A stretch of 49,848 bases of DNA from a virus: positions 1 to 49,848 of IMG/VR virus record IMGVR_UViG_3300032157_000014; one strand, written 5' to 3'. Both the position numbers and the translations under genes were made by a program. Position 1 is the stretch's first letter; every line of letters begins with the position of its first letter. This document shows positions 41,022-47,659 of this stretch, piece by piece. Under the pieces are notes generated by a model that was given only the letters and a program-made list of their open reading frames with translations, was not told the origin of the DNA and ran no database searches.

Positions 41022-41530
41022 ACGGGCCTCCGGATCGGCGGCTCGCCGTGGAAGGGCTGCATGCCGGCGGCGCGCCAGGCCTTCACGTCGAAGCCCGGAC
41101 AGATCTTGATCCACTCGGTTCGGTCGATCACGCCGTCGCCGTTCAGGTCAGGCGAGTAGTCACGGTGCCCGAGAATGTCGGCGGACGGATAGCGCGCCGC
41201 CAGCAGGTCGACCAGACCGGCCAGGCTGGTCCATTGCTCCTTCGAGAAGCGGTCGGTGCCGATCATGCAGATCCCGATCGAGCTCGCGTTCTGGCCCTGC
41301 ACGTGCGCGCCGATCTCGTCTTCGTGGCGGCCGGTGACCGTGACCCCGTCCAGGTGGATCACGTGGTGGTAGCCGATGTGCTTCAGCGTCGGATTGAAGC
41401 GCTCCCGCCAGTAGTCGCTGCGATTGAAGCCGCGATCGCCGTGCATGCGGTCGATGTCTTCCCGCGTGACATGCTGGAAGTTCGGCGTCGCCGCGCAGTG
41501 GATGATGATGTGCTTGATCGCGCGGTTCAC
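41018..41530 (-). CDS. Endolysin: N-acetylmuramoyl-L-alanine amidase (Amidase_2 / T7-lysozyme-like)
   Basis: GTG start with a GTGA overlap. IKHIIIHCAATPN, GYHHVIHLDG, GAHVQGQNASSIGICMIG and ILGHRDY...CPGFDV. Confidence 0.8.
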   Translation of the reverse strand: MNRAIKHIIIHCAATPNFQHVTREDIDRMHGDRGFNRSDYWRERFNPTLKHIGYHHVIHLDGVTVTGRHEDEIGAHVQGQNASSIGICMIGTDRFSKEQWTSLAGLVDLLAARYPSADILGHRDYSPDLNGDGVIDRTEWIKICPGFDVKAWRAAGMQPFHGEPPIRRPV

Positions 41531-41952
41531 GGGATATACGCCAGGTCGGCCAGGATCCAGCCGTAGGGTTCCTCGAGCTGCTGGCTTTGCGTCCAGCTCA
41601 CGAGCTCGAGCAGGCACAGGGATTCGGGCAGTGCGCGGAGGAACGCCTTGATCTCCTCGATCATGGTGAACTCCGCCTCCTCGATCGCGACGCCGGCGGC
41701 GGCCTTGTCCTTGTTCTCGGGCAGCTGGATCTGGCCGACCAGCTTGATGTGCTGCCGTCCGTCCTGCGCGACGTACTGCGAGACGTTGGTGAAGTCGCCT
41801 TCGCCGCCTGAGTAGATCGTGTAGACGCCGGCGAGCAGGTCCGCCTTCGGGAGCAGGTTGAAGTCGACCAGGCTGCGGCGCACCTTGCGCGTCGGGTACG
41901 CCGAGGCGAGCGCCGCGGCGATCGCCGCCATGCGGGTGCCGAGGTCGCTCAT
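41527..41952 (-). CDS. Head-tail joining / tail-completion protein (assigned by position), 141 aa
   Basis: Normal composition, last of three small genes after the capsid block. Confidence 0.4.
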   Translation of the reverse strand: MSDLGTRMAAIAAALASAYPTRKVRRSLVDFNLLPKADLLAGVYTIYSGGEGDFTNVSQYVAQDGRQHIKLVGQIQLPENKDKAAAGVAIEEAEFTMIEEIKAFLRALPESLCLLELVSWTQSQQLEEPYGWILADLAYIP

Positions 41953-42509
41953 GCCTTGACTCCGAAGACTTCGGCGACGCCGGCGGCCGCGCCGGCATGC
42001 ACCAGGTCGAAAAGACGCGAGCGCTTGCGTTCCAGGGCAGGCGCCGCGAAAGGGTGCGGTTTCGTACCGTGCTTCCGGATCCAGATCGCCAGCCCCCAGG
42101 CGCGATCGCGGATCTGGCGCATCAGCGAGCGCCGAGCCGGGCTGCCAGCCTTCGCGCTCTTGAACGTGATGCGCGCGCGCTGCTTCACGTAGTCCATCAA
42201 CTTCACCGGGTTCGGCATGTAGGACGGCCGGCCGGCCACCGGGCCCGTGCCTTCCTCAACCATGCGCGCGTAGTCGGTGCCGGTGCGGACCTGCCAGTGC
42301 ATCGGGCCCATGTGCAGGGCGCGGATCGAGTTCGCCAGGATGCTCCGTGCCATCGACTTGTTCTCGGCGAGAATCAACTTCTCTTCGCGCGCGACTTCCT
42401 CCGCCCCGCGGTGCAGGTGCGCGTCGACGTGGCGCGTCATTACCTCGGGCGCCTTCGCGAAGGCCGCGGCCGCCTGGTCGCTGTTGACGGTGATCTTCTG
42501 CTCAATCAT
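41949..42509 (-). CDS. Head-tail connector protein (HK97 gp10-like), 186 aa
   Basis: MIEQKITVNSDQAAAAFAKAPEVMTRHVDAHLHRGAEEVAREEK...RTGTDYARMVEEGTGP.... ATGA overlaps at both ends. Confidence 0.45.
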   Translation of the reverse strand: MIEQKITVNSDQAAAAFAKAPEVMTRHVDAHLHRGAEEVAREEKLILAENKSMARSILANSIRALHMGPMHWQVRTGTDYARMVEEGTGPVAGRPSYMPNPVKLMDYVKQRARITFKSAKAGSPARRSLMRQIRDRAWGLAIWIRKHGTKPHPFAAPALERKRSRLFDLVHAGAAAGVAEVFGVKA

Positions 42510-43132
42510 GCGGCGTTGAACTCTTCGATCAGCTTTTCGTAAACGTGCGACGGCATGCCGTTGCGCGGCATGCTGGTGAGGCCGTCGCGCAGCTGCACAG
42601 GCTTGGCGATGCCGCGGAACATGAGCTCCCTCATGGCCTCGGCCTGGCCGCGGAGGAGCAGCAGGCCTCGTTCGGCGGCGAGGATCGTGGTGTTTGCAGC
42701 CGTGGTGTCGACCACGTGGCCGGCGAAGTAGTAGAAGCGGTACTCGGATCCGAGCGCCGAGATCTGCGCCGCAGTCGGCGGAGGATCCAGGTGGAGCTTC
42801 CGAACCCCACTCTCTTCGACGAGGCGAACGGCCGGAAGACGCCCGGGATATGTCGGTTCCCAGGGCTTCGGCGAAGCGATCGGGGCGACGCCCCAAAGGC
42901 TGGACTTGAAAGCGACGTAGCTGGCCGGCGCGTCATAGCCGGCCTGGTCCGCGACCAGGGTGAGGGATCCGACCAGGGTGCGCCCGCGCTTGCGGCCGAA
43001 ATCCAGCGCCGCGGCGTTGAGGTGGCGCTTGTAGTCCGCATCGGAGGCGGCCGTGAAGAATTGGCTGGAGTCCTGCAGGGAGGCCTTCAGGTCCGCAACC
43101 AGCTCGGCCTGGCTCATGTCCCCCGCTGCCAT
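42506..43132 (-). CDS. Head-completion/adaptor protein (assigned by position), 208 aa
   Basis: Track ORF of normal composition, between the repeat protein and the gp10-like gene. Confidence 0.4.
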   Translation of the reverse strand: MAAGDMSQAELVADLKASLQDSSQFFTAASDADYKRHLNAAALDFGRKRGRTLVGSLTLVADQAGYDAPASYVAFKSSLWGVAPIASPKPWEPTYPGRLPAVRLVEESGVRKLHLDPPPTAAQISALGSEYRFYYFAGHVVDTTAANTTILAAERGLLLLRGQAEAMRELMFRGIAKPVQLRDGLTSMPRNGMPSHVYEKLIEEFNAA

Positions 43133-43141
43133 GGGCCGGCG

Positions 43142-43993
43142 CTACTGCGCGCCTCCGGAACGCTGCTTGAGCTCCTCGGCGATCGCCGCGAGCAGGCTCT
43201 TGCGCGGCCCGCCGAAGCCCAGGACCGGGTCGCGTTTCTTCTCGAGCTCCTCGAGCTGGGTGAGGTCGGCGTCCGAGAGCGTGCTGAAATGCTCCCGGAC
43301 GTCGCCCACCTTCTTCTTCAGGATCTCGGCCAGCTCGGCCGTGCGCTTCGCAGCGTCGGCTTCCGTATCGTTGCCGCCACCGCCTTCCAGCGTGTCGTTG
43401 CTCCCGGCCCCGTCCAGGGTGTCGTTGCCGGTCGCGCCGTCCAGGGTGTCGTCGGTGCCGGCCCCGGCGAGCGTGTCGTTGCCGACCGCGCCGGCCTGCG
43501 TGTCGCTGGGAGCCGCGCCGGCCTGCGTGTCGTTGCCAGCTGCTCCGGCGTTGGCCTTCGCCTCTCGAGCCGCCCAATCGCGGGCGAGCGCTTCGGCAGC
43601 CGCCTTTTCCGATGCCAATTCCTCCTCCGACAGGCCGGCCCGCCGGATCTTCTCGGCAGCGATCACCCCGAGGAGGTCCTTGCGAGGCTTCGCTGCGGCC
43701 GATTCCAGCTCCTCGATGAGGTTCAGGTCGTCGGTGGACGGGTACGGCAGCTTGACCGCCATCTCTTCCTGCGGCAGCGCCAGGAGGGCCGCCAGGAAGG
43801 CGCGGCGCTCGGTCGCGGGGTCTGCCGCCACCAGGATCTCGACCGGCTCCTCGGGGCGCAGGTAGGCCGGCACATCGTGCCAGTTGAAGGTGCGCGACTC
43901 GCCGGGCATGACGTAGTTGGCGCCCACGGAGATCGGCGTCTTCCCGTTCTCGTTGTTGATCGTGATCGGCTTGTGATCGCGGCTTTTTTCCAT
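43142..43993 (-). CDS. Virion-module protein with RTX-like GGxGNDTLx nonapeptide repeats (possible head decoration protein)
   Basis: 283 aa. The central region reads AGNDTQAGAAPSDTQAGAVGNDTLAGAGTDDTLDGATGNDTLDGAGSNDTLEGGGGNDT. The gene is immediately downstream of the capsid gene and its terminator. Confidence 0.55.
   Translation of the reverse strand: MEKSRDHKPITINNENGKTPISVGANYVMPGESRTFNWHDVPAYLRPEEPVEILVAADPATERRAFLAALLALPQEEMAVKLPYPSTDDLNLIEELESAAAKPRKDLLGVIAAEKIRRAGLSEEELASEKAAAEALARDWAAREAKANAGAAGNDTQAGAAPSDTQAGAVGNDTLAGAGTDDTLDGATGNDTLDGAGSNDTLEGGGGNDTEADAAKRTAELAEILKKKVGDVREHFSTLSDADLTQLEELEKKRDPVLGFGGPRKSLLAAIAEELKQRSGGAQ
43364..43552. repeat. Approximately 27-bp tandem coding repeats (about 7 units)
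   Basis: ccgtccagggtgtcgttgcc-type units repeat with a 27-nt period. They encode the nonapeptide repeats. Confidence 0.7.
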
Positions 43994-44010
43994 GCGGACC
44001 TCGTTACGGT

Positions 44011-44048
44011 TGAAAATCGCCCGGGCGGCTTTTGCGGCCGCCCGGGCG
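44011..44048 (-). terminator. Rho-independent terminator or attenuator after the capsid gene
   Basis: Perfect 12-bp GC stem cgcccgggcggc / gccgcccgggcg (44018-44029 and 44037-44048) with a 7-nt loop. On the minus-strand RNA it is followed by AUUUUC. Confidence 0.65.
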
Positions 44049-44074
44049 CCCTCTCGTCACTCCCCAGGGACGCC

Positions 44075-46729
44075 TTACGGCGCCGGCCGGGCGATCCGTG
44101 CAGCGGCGCTGTAGAGGACCATCGAGGTCAAGCCCGCCTTCAGCTGCGTCGGCGTGTGGACCACGATGAACTGGTCGCCGTAGGCTTCCTTCTTGCCCGT
44201 GAAGCGCCCGTTGCTGTCCTTCTGGTTCTCGAGCTGGTTCAGCATCCAGCCCTTCATCATGCGGAAGCGGACCGTGCCGCGTTCGCCGATGACGATCCGC
44301 TTGTCGCCGGCCTGCAGGCCCGGCGCGAAGGAGCGGTACGTCGGGACGTCCTTGATGCGGCCGACGTTGCCGTCCGCCCCGAGATCCGTCCCGGTGCGCT
44401 TGAAGTTCGCGCCGAACTGACGGGCCTGGGCGATCAGGTCGCGCACCACGCCCGACATCGTCGCGAGGGAGGCCACGTGCTGCCGGTCCTCCACCACCGT
44501 CCGGCGCTGGCCGAAGTTGTTGAGGAAGGTGTCCCACTTCTGATCCGTCTCCAGCTCGCCCTCGTCCATGTCGAACTTCTTGACGTTGGTGGTGTAGCTG
44601 TAGCTGATCGTGTAGGCCGTGCCGTCCGCCGGCGTCTGGATCGCGCCCGCCTGGTTCACGAGGTAGATCTCGCCCAGGTTCTTGTCGAGGACGTAGTAGG
44701 TGCCGGAGGCCTGCGAGCCGGTGCCGTCGTATTCCTCGCGCGCCACCGAGTTGTAGGTCACCGTGATCGGGTTCACCGTCGACCCGACTTGCGAGCCAGC
44801 CAGGTCGTAGACCTTGCGCGGCGTGACCACCGGCCACTGCGCGAGCACGAACACCTTGTTGGTGCCGTTCGACTGCGGCTCGAGGTCCTCGGCGACCACC
44901 GCGGTCGCGGCGTATTCGTCGGAGGCGTTCAGGTGCTCGTTGTAGATCACCTGCTCGGTGTCCTCGCCGATGATCCGGACCGCGTTGGCCGCGTTCTCGG
45001 CGACGATGTCGAAGTTCAGCTGCCCGTTGCCGACCAGGTAGCGGAGTTCATCCGACACCTCGAAGGCGATCTTCTGCGGGATCGGCCGGGCGTCTTCCGA
45101 CGTCTGGATCACGCCAGCGCGCGAGATCGCCTGCCCCTGGTACTTGCGCGTGCCTGAGCGTCCGGCAGCGGTCGTGTCGCGGTAGCTGTACGGGATCTGC
45201 ATCACCGCGGCGAAGATGTGCGTGCCGACATCGCACAGCGGCAGGCCGGTGAGTTGATACAGCGACTCGCGCAGCACCGTGCGCTCGAAACTCGCCGGAA
45301 TCGCGACATCGGCGACGACGCCGTCGCCGCCGGAGAGCTTCATCGCCTGGTACTCCCTGTGCAGCCGGTGGGCGTTCGCCTTGTCGAACTGCGCCAGGGC
45401 CTCTTCCACCAGCGCCTTGTTGACGCCGATCTCACGGCCCTCGGAGAGGCGATAGCGCTTCTCGGGCGACATCCTGGTGTAGAGCCGCTTGTCGACCTGC
45501 TCCTGCAGCGCCTTGATCTCGTTCGAGGCTTCGACGGTGATGATCGGCGATCCCTCGACGTGGTAGCCCAGGCCGGCCAGCTGGCGCGCGGCCACGAGCT
45601 TGTTGCCCGACGCGATCTGCGTCGCGGCCAGGCGCTTGACGACGTCTTCGGTCGTGTCGGCGGTGACCAGGTCCTCGACCGCGAGGATCAGCTCCTTGCG
45701 GTCCTCTTCGGGGATGCCGGTGACGGCGTTGATCGTGTCGGCGAGCAGCTTGCGCCGCGCCGTGGTCGTTTCGGCGAGTTGCTTTGCCGCTTCGCCCCGG
45801 GCCTTTTCGGTGGCCTCCAGGAGCTTCTTGACGCCGGCCTCGTCCAGGCCAGCGGTGCCCATGCTGAGGTTCAGCACGATCGGCCCGTTCGGGTTGGCGA
45901 CGAGCGCCTCGGCGAGCTGCTTGCCGGCGCCTTCGAAGCCGGCGATGACGCCTTCTGCGACCGCCTTGTCGGTGATCTTGGCCAGTGCCGTCTCGGCCTG
46001 GGCGCTGAGCAGCTTGACGTTCGCTTCGCTCAACTTATGGGTGTCGGAGAGCGTCTTCACGAGACGCGCGATCAGTTCTTTCCACATGGCATGTACCTCT
46101 TGAAGTAGATGGGATTGCAGATCCGGGTGGATCAGCGTGGGCGGCGCGTCGTCGGACTGCGCCAGCTTGATGCGGGACGGATCCACCGGATCGAGCCCCT
46201 TGATAACGGGTCGATTGGTCAGCCCGGCGCCGAGGAGCGTGGTGCCGTGCTTCTGTCGGTGTTCGTTGTCCTGGAAATTCTCGTGATAGTCGGCGGAGAA
46301 GTACCGAAAGCCACGGTTCACCACCGCATCCGCGCCGAAGGGCGTCCACTCCAGGAGCGCCCTCAGCTTGCCGTCTTTCACCTGGAGCTTCACCACCTTC
46401 GCCGCAGCGCCGTCATCCGGCTTGTGCGCGACGTCGATGAAGATGTCCTGGCCATACGCCTTCTTTTCGAAGTTCTCGACGATCTGGAGCAGCATGTGCT
46501 GCGTGATCTCGAAGTTGCCGTACCGCGGGTCCCAGAATTTCCCCGTCCGGGTAATCGTTTCCCACGTCTGACTGCCCGCTTCCACGGACAGATTCTTCAG
46601 TTCAGAGACAAACCTCCGCACCCCGTCCGGGGGCGGTGCTTCCAGCTGGATGCGCCGCGGCGCCTCCGCCAGGGCCGCGGTAGCGGCCATGGCGGTGCAG
46701 ACAGCCAGGGCGAGGTGCGTGCGGCGCAT
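44075..46729 (-). CDS. Mu-I-like prohead protease/scaffold fused to the major capsid protein (single 884-aa ORF)
   Basis: Real part of track ORF 44075..47239, starting MRRTHLALAV.... The N-terminus ...GKFWDPRYGNFEITQHMLLQIVENFEKKAYGQDIFIDVAHKPDDGAAAKVVKLQVKDGKLRALLEWTPFGADAVVNRGFRYFSADY fits the Mu-like prophage protein I pattern. A helical scaffold-like middle is followed by a C-terminal domain of roughly 350-400 aa, the size of a capsid protein. Confidence 0.6.
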   Translation of the reverse strand: MRRTHLALAVCTAMAATAALAEAPRRIQLEAPPPDGVRRFVSELKNLSVEAGSQTWETITRTGKFWDPRYGNFEITQHMLLQIVENFEKKAYGQDIFIDVAHKPDDGAAAKVVKLQVKDGKLRALLEWTPFGADAVVNRGFRYFSADYHENFQDNEHRQKHGTTLLGAGLTNRPVIKGLDPVDPSRIKLAQSDDAPPTLIHPDLQSHLLQEVHAMWKELIARLVKTLSDTHKLSEANVKLLSAQAETALAKITDKAVAEGVIAGFEGAGKQLAEALVANPNGPIVLNLSMGTAGLDEAGVKKLLEATEKARGEAAKQLAETTTARRKLLADTINAVTGIPEEDRKELILAVEDLVTADTTEDVVKRLAATQIASGNKLVAARQLAGLGYHVEGSPIITVEASNEIKALQEQVDKRLYTRMSPEKRYRLSEGREIGVNKALVEEALAQFDKANAHRLHREYQAMKLSGGDGVVADVAIPASFERTVLRESLYQLTGLPLCDVGTHIFAAVMQIPYSYRDTTAAGRSGTRKYQGQAISRAGVIQTSEDARPIPQKIAFEVSDELRYLVGNGQLNFDIVAENAANAVRIIGEDTEQVIYNEHLNASDEYAATAVVAEDLEPQSNGTNKVFVLAQWPVVTPRKVYDLAGSQVGSTVNPITVTYNSVAREEYDGTGSQASGTYYVLDKNLGEIYLVNQAGAIQTPADGTAYTISYSYTTNVKKFDMDEGELETDQKWDTFLNNFGQRRTVVEDRQHVASLATMSGVVRDLIAQARQFGANFKRTGTDLGADGNVGRIKDVPTYRSFAPGLQAGDKRIVIGERGTVRFRMMKGWMLNQLENQKDSNGRFTGKKEAYGDQFIVVHTPTQLKAGLTSMVLYSAAARIARPAP

Positions 46730-46734
46730 CAGGA

Positions 46735-47208
46735 TCAGGTGAAGTCGCCGCAGGCCAGCGCCGAGACGTTGGCGCCGGTGGTGACCTTCCATGCGCCGGC
46801 GAGGCTGACCAGGCCGAGCTCGATCGTGAACGCGGTCAGGTTGCCCACGGAGCTCGCGCCCCCGGTGAAGATCGTGATCGCGGATCCGCCGCCGTCCTTG
46901 ATCTGGATTACGCCCGGCGACGTGGTCGCGGGGACGATGATCAGGCGGTCCAGGTAGTCGCCGGCAGCGCCGGTCGCGCCCAGCACCTGGTCGGTCTGGC
47001 CGGCCGCGACCGTCTCGTACTCGCCGATCTTCTTGACCGCGATCGCGGGCTGGTCGGTGGCCATCGTGACCGGAAGCGAGGCCGCCTTCGCCGCGGCGCC
47101 GAGCTGGTCGCTCGCGAAGCAGATGCTGATCGACGCCGCCTTCGTCAGAACGCCTTTGACAAGTGCGTCCCAGACGCCGGTGACCGTGTTTTTGATGTGC
47201 AGTTTCAT
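46735..47208 (-). CDS. Hypothetical beta-rich virion-module protein (157 aa)
   Basis: MKLHIKNTVTGVWDALVKGVLTKAASISICF...VIQIKDGGGSAITIFTGGASSVGNLTAFTIELG.... Confidence 0.55.
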   Translation of the reverse strand: MKLHIKNTVTGVWDALVKGVLTKAASISICFASDQLGAAAKAASLPVTMATDQPAIAVKKIGEYETVAAGQTDQVLGATGAAGDYLDRLIIVPATTSPGVIQIKDGGGSAITIFTGGASSVGNLTAFTIELGLVSLAGAWKVTTGANVSALACGDFT

Positions 47209-47271
47209 CTTGACTCCCGAAGTCGGTATGCGAGCGCACAGACGCCCACGCAGACCGGAGATTCCGGATTA

Positions 47272-47297
47272 CGTCAAGACGAAACTAGGGGGGAAAA
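47272..47297 (-). promoter_or_regulatory. Conserved 26-nt intergenic motif, copy 2
   Basis: Identical to 6391..6416. It lies 6 nt after the TAG of 47303..47659 and about 64 nt before the ATG at 47208. Confidence 0.5.
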
Positions 47298-47302
47298 ATG
47301 TC

Positions 47303-47659
47303 CTACTCGGCGAAGCCGGTGAGGTCCAGCGACAGGATCTCGCGCCAGCAGGCCTGACGATCGAACGGCTTGCCTTCCTCGCTCGCCCGCCATTGGAGCC
47401 ATGCGTTGTAGTCGGCGAACAATTGCTCTCCCTCGAACGCAATCCTGACCTTCGAATTTCCGATCGCCCACCCGTCCTCCGTTTCGTGGGCGAAGCCCTT
47501 GACGTAGTGGAAGGGATTCGACGTCGCGGTCGGCCACCCGAGATCGGCAAAGATCATCCCATTGCCAAGGCGAAAGAGTTCCGCAACCGGGCGCGCACCG
47601 CCCTCGTCAGTCTCAATGACGATCGGAATGCCTAGATTCGGGGCATCACACAGATCCAC
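47303..47659 (-). CDS. Small acidic protein (118 aa) immediately downstream of the MuF polyvalent gene; candidate immunity or partner protein
   Basis: MDLCDAPNLGIPIVIETDEGGARPVAELFRLGNGMIFADLGWP.... Its start overlaps the last 14 nt of the polyvalent ORF. Confidence 0.55.
   Translation of the reverse strand: MDLCDAPNLGIPIVIETDEGGARPVAELFRLGNGMIFADLGWPTATSNPFHYVKGFAHETEDGWAIGNSKVRIAFEGEQLFADYNAWLQWRASEEGKPFDRQACWREILSLDLTGFAE

Noticed and set aside
43364-43552. A tandem repeat array as a possible CRISPR or non-coding satellite.
   Set aside because: The units are contiguous with no spacers, have a 27-nt period that is a multiple of 3, and lie inside a well-composed ORF, where they encode nonapeptide repeats.
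46730-47239. N-terminal 170 aa of the 1,054-aa track ORF (44075..47239).
   Set aside because: This part is Arg/Gly/Asp/His-rich shadow sequence overlapping the well-composed 157-aa gene at 46735..47208 in another frame. The real start is taken as the Met at 46729.
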